DNA of 60,866 nucleotides, filler included, from Ionaspis alba (taxonomy: Eukaryota): the NCBI GenBank assembly GCA_964255285.1. It is 7 parts of 7 records of this genome, joined end to end, with 100 filler letters (N's around TTAATTAATTAA, not from the genome) between each part and the next. Parts side by side here need not be neighbours in the genome. Positions count along the whole stretch, not along the records: positions 17,448 to 26,059 come from CAXUUL010000724.1; positions 26,160 to 34,767 come from CAXUUL010000725.1; positions 34,868 to 43,468 come from CAXUUL010000726.1; 4 more parts are not named here. One strand, given 5' to 3'. The notes beneath the pieces were generated by a model. It made no database searches. It saw only the letters and a list, made by a program, of their open reading frames with translations, and had not been told where the DNA came from. This document shows positions 23,316-34,927 of this stretch, piece by piece. Position 1 is the stretch's first letter. Every line of letters starts with the position of its first letter. A program made the translations under genes and the position numbers.

Positions 23316-23810
23316 CGTCCTGTCTCCACTAAACACGATATCCCAGAATATAGCTATAAGTCACCGTCTCAGAAGAGCAAGGCTATAGCCTAGCTGCTTA
23401 ATATTGGAGCGTGGTTGGTTATATCGTTATAGATAATGTCGAAAGCGAATTGACCAGGATTGGAAGGCCACCTCTCGGATCGGTCCGGTAGAACGAGAAC
23501 GCCAAGCATATACTCAGCCTCATCGGCGGCTCTGTAGCTTCTGTTGCGATCGGTACTACGGCTATGCACGATTGCATCATCTACCTTGGTGATCTTGCAT
23601 ATTTACTTTTTAAAGAATGCAACAGGAACGAGGAGATGCATTAACGATAGATCATATTTTGAGGAGATCTGATCCTTATTAAAATTCTCTATATGATATA
23701 ACAATGCCTCATCCAATCACTAATCTAGAAAATCCTAAAATCGCGAAGTCAAACCTCATAAATTGGTGCACCCTCGTATATCTCGTATTCTCCGTGAATC
23801 TATAAATATC

Positions 23811-26059
23811 TCAACCAACCTTGGCCCACTTCAACTGGATAGCCACCAGAATAACCGGCAGCACGCTCACAATCTCCCCCAACCCAGCGTACTCAGGTGG
23901 TATTCTCGCATTAACGAAAGCACCCGCAGCGAGCAAGATGGCAAGCATATTGTATACAAACGACCAGGCGAAGTTGAAGACAATCCGATTGAACGAGGCC
24001 CTTGAAAGGTCGATGAGTGTAAGGATACCTTGCAGTGCAGGTCGCATAAGGACTGCATCAGCTGCACTCTGAGCGACATCCGTTCCTTCACTCATGTGCA
24101 CTCCAATGCTGGCCTGGGCAAGCGCAACAGCGTCGTTGGTCCCGTCGCCGCAGAAGAGAACGGTCTTGTTTCCGTCGTCCATGAGGGCTTTGATGTATTC
24201 TCGCTTTTCGGCAGGACTGCATCGAGATCGGACACGGGATTCCGGTATTCCGAGTTGTGAGGCGACGGCCTCCACTGCGGCTTGGTCGTCACCACTGACA
24301 ATCGAGACTTCGATATCACGTCTGCTCAGTTCGGAGACGACTTGGGAAACGTCAGGACGCAACGAATCCTCCAGTCCGAATATCGCAAGAAGCTCGTCGT
24401 CGAGTGTTACGCAAAAGACTGTGCAGCCACGGGAGAAATAGGATCGAACAATAGTATGACGTTCAAAGCCAAGCCACCGCGCATTTCCGGCACGGATTTG
24501 CTTGCCTTCCCATATTCCTTGGATGCCTTTGCCAGTCACAGACTCGATTTCCGATATCTCCGCAGATTTAACACTCTGGTCTTTGAAGTGCCGTGAGATT
24601 GCCTGGGAGACTGGGTGCTGAATGTTGGACGTCAACCCCAGAACCAAAGATGCCATCAACTCGCGAGGTAATCCAATGATTTCTTCGGCAGACACTTTCA
24701 GTTTGCCTTGCGTAAGGGTGCCAGTCTTGTCGAAGACGACACGAGTGACTTTCCTGGCTTCTGCGATAGTTTGAGCTGATTTGAAGATCACGCCACGTTT
24801 AGCAGCCACTCCGCCAGCGATGACAATGACCATAGGAACAGCTAATCCTAGTGCACAGGGACATGAGACGATGAGGACGGGAATGGCGTAGGTGATTGCC
24901 TGTACCGTAGCCGCACTCGCTGTTTGACCGCGAACGACGATTCCGATAATAATCCAGACGGTGAAAGTGATGACTGTGAGCCCGACAATGACTGGAACGA
25001 AAATGCTGGCAACGTAGTCGGCAAGTTCTTGAGACTTGGGCTTGGAGAACTTGGCTTCGTCTACCATATTTGCTATTTCGCTGATGGTGTTGTTGCTAGG
25101 CAAACGAGTCAATCGAATGACGAGCGGCGAGTTGCCGTTCACAGAACCTGCGATCACTACTGATCCACAGGATTTCGGTACAAGTTGAGCTTCGCCGGTC
25201 ACCATTGATTCATTGACCTCTCCATTGCCCGAAATAATGATACCGTCTGTCACGATGCACGAGTCCGGGACTGCTTTAAAGTAATCACCGTATTGCAATA
25301 GACGTGCATCGATTTCCACAGGCTCGCTTTCTTCGGGCTTGACGAGCAGGGCCAGTTTTGTTTGCAGAGATCTTACTGAGATCGACTCGACAGCCTTCTG
25401 ACGTGCCAAGGCACTTATAAATCGACCGAGCATGATGAGAGTCACTAGTAACGTGCTCGTCTCGAAGAACTGGCCGGTGAGAAGTGGCTGGCCCCTGACT
25501 TGGTAGGCAAACGAAACAACGGAGAAAACGTATGCCGCTGTGGTGCTAAGGACTATGAGAAGATCCATTTCGACCATGTGAGTAAAGATGAGACTCTTGA
25601 AAGCAATCGGATAGAATGGCCCTGCAACAACTACTTGAACGATAGTTGCCAAAGCCAAGGATATGGAGTCGTAAACGAGTCTATTGGGTGGAAGAGGAGC
25701 CCAAGCCATGACCAGGACCGGGATTGTAAGGAGCGTGGAGAACAGTGTCATATAGCCAGTGTGGCAGACTTCTTGACCGCCTGCCTTCAGTCCAGGATTG
25801 CTCTGGAGAGGTGCAAGCTTGATTGGACAGATGAAGCAGCGTTCAAATAGATTTCTGGCGCCGATGACTTTGGGATCGTAGGCAAAGCGAACGGTCTGAT
25901 GGTCAAGCCGTGTCTTGTCGAGAACTCCTGCTGGGAATGTCTGACCAAGGAACGTATCCATATCGCCCATCACGACCACATCCAGTTCTTGCCCGGTGTT
26001 GCTTACAACTCTTTCACATGCAAATCCAGTTGTGCGCTTGATGTTGCGTATGATATCGC
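23811..26059 (-). CDS. P1B-type heavy-metal (Cu/Cd) ATPase, PCA1-like; 5'-truncated
   Basis: TGE, SCPCALGLA, DKTGT, HP, GDGTND, TM7 YN; TM8 GLGEIVS instead of MxxSS, as in Pca1-type exporters. Confidence 0.9.
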
Positions 26060-26159
26060 NNNNNNNNNNNNNNNNNNNNNNNNNNNNNNNNNNNNNNNNN
26101 NNNTTAATTAATTAANNNNNNNNNNNNNNNNNNNNNNNNNNNNNNNNNNNNNNNNNNNN
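26060..26159. other. Artificial contig linker
   Basis: N44-TTAATTAATTAA-N44. Confidence 0.98.
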
Positions 26160-26625
26160 GGTGAAGATCGCTGTGTGGCAGTATGGGCAGTCACGGGTGC
26201 AGGTTGTGTGGAAATATTGGTAGGAAATAGGTTGGTAAGGTGAAAATTCATTGAGTATATGTAGTTCGGGAAATTCAGCGAAAGAAGTTTTGTGAGCTCG
26301 TTAGACGCCATTGGATAGGAGCGGTACCTGAGACCTATCTCAGGATAGTGCCACATTCTTCCAGAAGTTATTGCCTCGAAAGACCTAACAATAAGTCTGC
26401 ACTTATTACCACAAAGAGAACAAAGAAAACAGGAGTATCGCGGTGAGACCTTACTTTGGACGAGACACTGTCTCGAGTCTCGGTCGAATTGCTTTGGCGA
26501 AACCACGATGATCAAGTAATCTTTCCGGATTTAATTTCAAGTTGAAGATCAAGCACTCTCCAGGAGAATCAGATAATGAATTTTTGAGGGTGTGTACGGA
26601 TTCTGCCACCATTTAGGTGGATCTT

Positions 26626-27904
26626 CTACGCAGACCAAACGACCACTCGGCCGTCCACACCACTAGCTATTAAGTGTCAGATTTGCAACCTCCACGACAA
26701 CAATGCAAGCAACAAGGGTACTTACTGCTAAATTTCCTGATACTTGCACCACTCTCCTCGTATGGTCTCACCGTCGCGATGGTGTTCTGGTGAACAGTCT
26801 TGAGTTGGGTATCATCCTTGGCATTCTTTCCTTTCAAATCCATCTGCCGAAACATGTTCAGGGCAGACTCTTCTCGTTGACCACTCATTCCTGGTCTTCC
26901 CTTCGATTCCATAGAGCCTACGATCTGCCATCCTTGTTCGTTCCCTTTCAATCGATATGCTTCACAGTCCTAAATCCTTTTAGCGCTATGCGTAGAAATC
27001 GCAAGAACAATACATACGTATCCTGCAGCAATAATCTCACTTTCTCCATTCCATATCAAGCTCATGAAGGGCAAAAGCTGCGTACTGATGCTGACAACAG
27101 CCGTTGGTGGCTGATCGGGAGCACTGGGGTACACAACAGTTATACTGCTGTCATGGGCCGTGAACGCAAGCGCATTGCCACTAGGTGAAAAGGCGCAGCC
27201 ATGAACCCAACCAGCAGAATTGTTCAAGTATTCTCCACAAACTGTATTGAAGGGTAGTCTTTCACCCCACACACTAGCCTCCGGTCTTGCATCAACCCCC
27301 TTAATGAAGCTTGAGAAGACCCTAGCATGGGCATCTGTGGATCCTGCGGCCAAAAGAACAGAGTTGGGGTGCCAAGCTACTGTTGTGATGGTACTTCGAA
27401 TGGGCTTCTTCAGGTGCTTTGACACCCACCAGTCATTCTCCTCCTCAAAGTAGCAAATTGCGATTACTCTTGCTCCAGATCCTACGGCGAATTTTTTCTC
27501 TGAGGGCGACCATCGAACGAAGGTAGCAGCACGATTAATTCGAAGGAGAACCAGTGTCGGTTTCCAACCAGAAGGAGAAGGTTCCCAAACGTATGCATTC
27601 CGATCTATAAACGCTCTTGTCAGCGAAAGTAGTCCAGAATTTCCTGCCTCATCTTGCCTCAGATGGAGAAATGTTGCTCACCTTGCGAGCAGGTGACGAT
27701 TCGACCAGTACTTGGCGCGATATCGACGCCGGTCACCGTCTTGTCATGACCTTTTAGTTCATCCTGTAGTGTAAACTTGTTTCCAGATCTATGATAGAGC
27801 TCGACATTATTGTCTCGTGCCACGGCGAGTGTTTGGCGGTCCGCTGAGAACGAGTGGTCTGCGATTGGGTGGTGAAACAAGTGGTGGACTTCTGGGGCGG
27901 CCAT
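26626..27904 (-). CDS. ARC40: Arp2/3 complex WD40 subunit ARPC1; 4 exons
   Basis: LKGHDKTVTGVDIAP..RIVTCSQ-DRNAYVW..WKPTLVLLRINRAA; WWVSKHLKKPIRST; WHPNSVLLAAGSTD; TVHQNTI; TSGVDGRVVVW; TAG at 26628-26626. Confidence 0.93.
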
Positions 27905-28164
27905 TGAACTTCCGGTTCCAGCGATAGGAGGAGCTCTCTACTATCGCGGCTATGTCAATTTCCTGTTGTTGGTGGATAGGAATAGTGAGAGTGGGAGCCT
28001 CCGGAGTGGGATGTGTTTGTAGGGCTGAGCAGTCGCCAACTAAATTTCATGAGTGAACCAATGCAGTCGAGTTGTCTTGTGTCAATTGTATTCCTTGTCG
28101 ATTCGCCAGAGCAATCTCCTCCGAAGAGCTGGTCTATCTGATCTTCTGTCTACCGTGAAATATT

Positions 28165-28885
28165 ATGGCTGCTAGAACCATGCCTTCCCACAACGGTCCA
28201 CCGCAGAAAGCAACCGGGAATCCTAACCAAACGTATGTATACGCTTCGTACACGATACTTAGAATTGATACTGACCACTTTCCCAGCCTTTATCTCACCA
28301 ATCTCCCTGACAAGTTACAAAAGGAGGATTTGCGTCTATCACTCTACACGCTCTTTGCCACATACGGTCCGGTCCTCGACATCGTCGCCTTAAAAACAGC
28401 AAAAATGCGAGGGCAAGCACATATTGTCTTCCGTGATATCCAAGCAAGTACACAGGCAATGAGGGCATTACAAGGTTTCGACTTCTTCGGCAAAGAAATG
28501 GTCAGTCTCTGCCTCTTTAGTTGGGTCCATTCAGCATGTTGATGCGGTTCAGAAAATCCAATATGCGAAAGGCAGATCTGGAATCTTCAATAAGCTCGAA
28601 GGCGTATATAAACCACCATCTACTGCTCCGGCTCAGGTTATATCGACCGATCTACAGCAATCGATCTTCAATGCCCCTCCGTCATCGAGCTTGCCTGCCA
28701 TTCCGCCACCTACTGCAGGATCCGCGCCAAAAGCTTCGGAGTCGGCTGTGAATGGAACAAAAGCAGATGGAGAGGGTCCACAAGGAGTCAAACGGCGAAG
28801 GGATGACGAAAGTGATGAAGAAGAGGCACCGATGGAGGAGGACGACGATGATGTGTCGATGGAGGCATCTTCAGATGAGGAATAA
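28165..28885 (+). CDS. U1A/U2B''-family snRNP RRM protein (single RRM plus acidic tail); 3 exons
   Basis: PNQT-LYLTNLPDKLQKEDLRLSLYTLFATYGPVLDIVALKTAKMRGQAHIVF..MRALQGFDFFGKEM-KIQYAK. Confidence 0.9.
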
Positions 28886-29465
28886 GTTTCCGACGATAAA
28901 TTTCATCCTCCGATTGGATGACCCTGCTTTAGGGCCTGGGACCGCTAGGTAATCCACCTAGTTACCTGTCAGCCTGTTTCCGGCGCCACAACACATCATG
29001 GAAACCTTTACCCTCTTATTTCGCTTGTCAGAAGGTAATCCTGGCTTTCTTTATACTTTTTACTCATCCAAAGCCAACTCCTTAGGCAGATACAAGCCGA
29101 CGCTTGGTCCAACTAAGCCAATCCATATTTGCAGATACTGGAGGTTGGACACTTGGGTTGTCCCGATTATGTCGCGCATAGCGTTCACTGTGTTACACGG
29201 ATGAATAAAAAACGTTGGGACATTGGTTAAAGGGTGGTTCTGAATGGTGTTACTAGATGTCCTTTAGATTTATTCATTTCTCTTACGGTCATGCTGATTC
29301 CGCCTATTATACCAATATCCCGAATCTCAGCTTTCGATTTTTCTGGCACGATGTATTGATACACTGCATCGATGCCATGAGGAGCATTTGGACGGATATC
29401 GGATAGATTGAGGTAGAGTACCGGGACGCGGTACGTCTGAGACAGAAGGATGTCATACTCGACGC

Positions 29466-30353
29466 TTATTCGGTGATTGGACTTTTTGCCCTTTCGAATG
29501 GCAACCTGCTGTGGTCAGGATCGCTCTGGTAATCTATACAGAAGGTAGATCCGACTTCATCCACGTCCTCAATATCACTTTCCCTCTCATCTTGCTCCTC
29601 TTCGCCGGCTCCCGGTGCACTGACGCCTACCTCTCCAGAATCGGAGGGTTTAATGCTTATATGCCGTGACAGTTTGAGAAGTGGAGATTCATCCTGTACC
29701 ACTCCCTATGAGTATTGACCACGATAGCATCCATTCCGTGCATCGGAAGTGTATTCGCTAGGATAATTTTGTCTTTCGCCAGAGGCCCTGCACCCACCTC
29801 GTCATAGAATGATACATTCACATCCCATTGCGATCTTTTTACTCGAACCTCAAACTCCTGACATATATTTTTAAATTTCAAAACTGATAAGAATGCCTCA
29901 TCATCGAGTGAAGGATCATCCGTCATCTTGTACCATTCGTCGTAGTTACTACTGAAGATAGATTGTCAAGAATAGTATGCGCAGAGCTTGAGGTGGAGCT
30001 TGGCAACGCTTTCCCCGGTCATGGGCAGGATCTCCCATAATACAACAGCAAGAACCTTGAGAACTCGCTCACTCTGGTAATGCACTATAATCGTCTGAAT
30101 AATATGGATTCCCCTTCTAAAGATCCTCCAGAAGTCACCCTGAAGCCTTACGACAATAGTACGACTGGACAACCACGGCAGAGTTGTCGTAATCACGGTG
30201 CCACAGTAACCGATTGGCAGAAAAAGCAACCAATGGCCGGCAGATAAAATGATGGAAATCTGGTTTCGAGACGCGGCCCGCGCTAAAAGTGCACGGATCG
30301 GCACGCGAGCCAGTCATGGGCCAATGATCGGCACTCCAGAGCATTTCAGCCAC
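29466..30353 (-). pseudogene. Probable degraded gene of unknown family
   Basis: ORFs 30304-29966 and 29926-29657 are in the same frame, separated by one TGA; protein-like text continues in a shifted frame (29702-29466). Confidence 0.35.
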
Positions 30354-30776
30354 TGTGGCTGTGCTTTTGACTTTGCGTAGTGTTTATCATCCCGCCTCGA
30401 TTCCTTCGAGGCAGGTTTCCAAGCTCTCCAACCTCCTCGAGTGGTTTTCCACCATTCTTTTGTGATGACACTTGCATTTCGACGTACTCTACGGTCAGTT
30501 TAGAAATTAACACTGTCAATTCTCCATCATGATCTTTTTACTATAGTCAATTCATTTTTCATGTCATTAACGTTCTCCTCGGACAGAGCAAGCCCACAGT
30601 GTTCGTGCTGGCACGGGCTGCCTTGTTTCAGCAATATAGTGCAATACATTGCGATTTTCGGATTACGCGCTTCAAGAGTACTATATACGTTCATTGATTG
30701 ACTCCTTCTTCTTTAAGAACTTGTCCATGGATGGGTACTAAACCATACATATGACATCGAAGTCACGAAGAGGAAG

Positions 30777-33700
30777 ATGCGGTCGACTCCAATGGTGAGC
30801 CAGAGACATTCTGCCATCGATCTGGGAACCACTCAAGCCATCATGGAACCGAAACGCCTTTACCGACTTTCCAAGCCACGACCTATCAACTCCATGAGTT
30901 CTTTGAATCTCAAAGCCTCGGCGAACGAGTTCGGATCATCGCCGTCCTCCTCTGAGCAAACACTCTCTGTCAGCGGAGNNNNNNNNNNNNNNNNNNNNNN
31001 NNNNNNNNNNNNNNNNNNNNNNNNNNNNNNNNNNNNNNNNNNNNNNNNNNNNNNNNNNNNNNNNNNNNNNNNNNNNNNAACGAGTTCGGATCATCGCCGT
31101 CCTCCTCTGAGCAAACACTCTCTGTCAGCGGAGGTGACGTTGTCGTCACATCTCCGAGTGGAGAGTGTCGAAGCCGTCGGGAATCGCGATATGCTTTGAG
31201 AGCCCATCTCTTTGGCGCAGAGTCGGAAGTGCAAAACAACACCTGCGAAGAAGAGATCGAGGATAAAAAAGGTTTTGTGGAAGTTGCGCGTGGTGTGCGG
31301 GATCGGCTGTCCAGGACGAGCACCATAATATCGCAGCGAAGCAAACGCGGATCCATCACACCTCTCAATAGCTCTCAATCTCGGTTGCCACTGGTGTCCG
31401 ACTTCGCGCAGCAAGATCTCGAAGACCCTGAACGCGTTGTTGACCAGATAAAAGAGAAAGCATTCTACGATCGTCTCGCTGCGCTGAACCATACCTCGCC
31501 TCCCATAGACGAAGAGACCGAAATGAGTACTATCAAATCTCCAATTCGCAGACGTAGCTTATTCACACCTGGACTTGCGACACGTGTACCGGACGACATA
31601 TTGCGGAAGCCACCACCCGTGCCTCAACGTTCGACAACCCAGTTCGATCGAGACTATTACTACAATCCAAATCATTCAGAGACTTCGCCGCTCTCTGCTT
31701 TGGCATCCCTAGATCTTGCAAGTCACCACCGATTCTCGCCTGTACCCAGAGTATCTACGCCGTGCGATCTGGAATACTCACAACTTGGCGGCTTAAGATT
31801 AGGGACTCTACGCATCACCAACGGCAATGCTTCACCCGTTCCTCGTGTACGCTCACCGAATGTCTCAGATACACAACCCTCTCTGGAGATGAGATATCAA
31901 GAAGATTACTTCACTGCCTCTGAGGGTAAAGCAAGCGACGATGAAGAATCAGAATCGCTCCAGATGGTGGCACGTGGTCGCAGAGGCTGGGACACAGAGC
32001 CGGTTGATATTCCGGAATCTGCTCACCGTCGCGCAAGACTTGATGCTGAAAAATCCGAGAGGCCACTGTCTTCTGGAACAACGATAATACGTCGTGAGGG
32101 TCGCTCAAATGACGACAGTCAAATGTCTCAATCTGCCTCTCAAGATTGTTCTCCGGGATTCACTGAGGCGTACAGAGATGAGGTTGATCCAACGCCAGCT
32201 ACAACAAATAGTGCTACCGTAATTGCAGAACAGTATATAGCTGAGCTACCTCTCACCCCCTTCAAGGACTATTTCGAACCAAATTGGATAACGAACGAGT
32301 TTGAAGATCGAAACTTTGATGAAGGCGAAAGTTTAGCGACTTCGCAACCCGGCAATTCGACGTGGACATCATTCCCGAGCGAAACAGAACGAATGCATAG
32401 CATGATTGGAGCGCATGATACGAATCGGCAGATGGGCCAAAATTACTCCCCCAACGGTGTACCAGGTTGTGGTTCCGGTCCCGGCTTGATCTGTTCCTAC
32501 ACTGCCTCCGGCGAAAGTACAATGACCTCTAGACCGGTGGAGTCTGGCTCCTCGAACACCGACGTCACAAAAGCCGACAGCGGCTATGGCTCAAGCAGTC
32601 ACAGCTCGACTGCCTCTATGGGGTCAGTGAAGAGGAAACCTGTAGCAGATCATGGCAGAACTCAATCATCTCTACCGGAAACGGTACCATCGACATTATC
32701 GTCACATATCTCCGGTCCACGAGATATGCCTCCGAGACCTTCGGAGCGTCTGGGATCTGCACGAGATATTGCGATTACAACAACCACCACAGTTACCACA
32801 GACCAAATCCAGCCATCGAAGCGCTCTTCTATGTTGATGGTTCCGAAGCCAAAGTTACTCAGCTTCAACTCTCGTTCATCAGCAGGCCATTCTGCCGAGA
32901 CAATCACTACCTTAGCCTCCACAAACACTTCCTTCTCGTCAGGCTCTACTGGACAGCGGAAGTTGCAGAAACCACGGCCAAAGTCTCTCCCTCCTCCAGT
33001 GAATCGAATCACTGTTCAGGGTCAGCGGACGTTGGTTGAACTGCATATCCCTCCTGTACCAATCGACATTGCTGAAAAGCATGCTGATAGGCTCCAACGA
33101 TTTCCACTCTTAGAACATACTTTTCCAAGTTCACACCATACCGATCTAAGAGAGAACATCTCAGACCCTCTTCCAGTTTATGTTCCGATCAGGTTTCCAT
33201 CTCCAACTCGCTCAACGGAGCAGTCGCATTCGCACTCTCGCGATTCCAATGACATCGTCGTGAGGAAGTCGGATAAAAGCACGCATCGTTCGTCTCTCCG
33301 ACGAGGCTACTCGTTCAGAAGTAGGAGTTCCTCAAGGACGGAGCGTCGTTCCAGTCAACAGCAACTCCCAGGACAATGCGATGTTGCAACGGCCATAGCA
33401 GACTTTGGCGATGTTACGGAGTCCCTTGGGGCTAGTCCTTACGATGCCGCACGCACCGCAATGTGGGCGACTCCCCCAGCTGACAGAAATGCCAACCTAG
33501 CCCATCCGCATCAAATGACCGTTGCCACGCCAAGGGCAAAGAGCATGATAGGGATGAGTGGTGAACAGGCTGCTCAGCTCGCACGAATGCGAAGCCAGGA
33601 CAGACAGTCCAGTCTCTCAAGATCTGGGCGCACAACAACCAGACCGACAAGCTTGATTGTAGCAGCTTCTTTTGATATGCCCCATACGTCTTCATTTCCG

Positions 33701-34477
33701 ACAAGAAGGTCCTTCGACGACCGGGGTGGCATACCTGGGAAGCTGCCGAGGCCAAGAAGCATGTACGCGAACGTGCCTCCAATGCCAGCGTTACCTAGTC
33801 CCGAGCAGCTTCAGAAGAGAGAAGCAGAGGTCTCAAGATCACGGTCTAGAGGTTCGCAGTTGGCGACGCCCTACCAGGTCGACGAAGAGCAGAAAGCCGC
33901 TGTGGCAGACTTGGGATGGGATGAACACCGCAAAGTCTGGGCCCAACGTCGCAAGTCGGCTGGCGACGGTTTGCTTCCCAGTCTCGCCGCTTTTGGTGGC
34001 TCTCAAAACAGCAGAAACCCTAGCCGATTAAGTCATCAGCATTTCCAGCCGCAGCAAAAGTCGACTTCTCCAACTGCTTCCAACAACACCCAATATCTCG
34101 ATGTTCCCACACCACCTACGCGATGTCCTCCTCCGCCGCCCGTTCATGGCAATGATCTGTCGACCTCAAGGAATGCTTCTACACCACCAACGAGACGTCC
34201 TCCGCCGCCGCCCGTTCATGGCACCGACCTGTCGACCTCAAGGAATGGTTCTACGATATCTCTACAGAGCATGAAGTCTACAGAGAGCAACGTGCAGCGT
34301 CTTTCAGGCCGCTACGAGGGAGGTTTAAAGTTTGGTTATGAGCCTGGACTGGGCGTTGGGGGCAGTGCTGGTACGCGCAATATGAAAACTGGAGCGAGCA
34401 GAAAGAGTGTGGAAGTTAGCATGGGTTATGGGATCGATCTGAGCGATGTTCCGATTTTTGTAGCGCCCTCTTCGTGA
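30777..34477 (+). CDS. Large S/P/R-rich disordered fungal protein of unknown function, interrupted by a false scaffold gap
   Basis: After collapsing the 55-nt duplication flanking the gap, ORFs 30777 and 31196 join in frame. Conserved-looking islands RRRSLFTPGLATR, LGGLRLGTLRITNG and C-terminal RYEGGLKFGYEPGLGVGGSAGTR..DLSDVPIF. Confidence 0.8.
30979..31078. other. Scaffold gap (100 N) flanked by an exact 55-nt duplication
   Basis: 30924-30978 is identical to 31079-31133. Confidence 0.95.
34109..34252 (+). repeat. 72-bp coding tandem duplication (2 copies, 24 aa, proline-rich)
   Basis: TPPTRCPPPPPVHGNDLSTSRNAS / TPPTRRPPPPPVHGTDLSTSRNGS. Confidence 0.9.
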
Positions 34478-34767
34478 TATGGCGTTTTGAGCATTTGCGG
34501 GTGGGGATGGGGATGCAGGTTGTTGGAAAGTGATTATGGACTCATGATACACGATATGAGTTATGTATAGGTTCGGGATAATCAAGGGTACGAGAAGTAT
34601 TCTATACTCTGTATATAGTCTATATAATGCACATACGTACTATCTCACCCTACTTGGATCCCCAAAGGCTGAATTGGCGGAGCATAATTCAGTAACGGCC
34701 ACATCCATTCCTCGACCTATGAATCAATTCCACGCTTCATCAAGATATTTAGGCATTTGTCCCTATG

Positions 34768-34867
34768 NNNNNNNNNNNNNNNNNNNNNNNNNNNNNNNNN
34801 NNNNNNNNNNNTTAATTAATTAANNNNNNNNNNNNNNNNNNNNNNNNNNNNNNNNNNNNNNNNNNNN
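34768..34867. other. Artificial contig linker
   Basis: N44-TTAATTAATTAA-N44. Confidence 0.98.
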
Positions 34868-34927
34868 CCGCATTGCCAAAGCATCAATCCGTCATGGTTG
34901 AAACCTAGATTTGTATCTACTGCCCAT

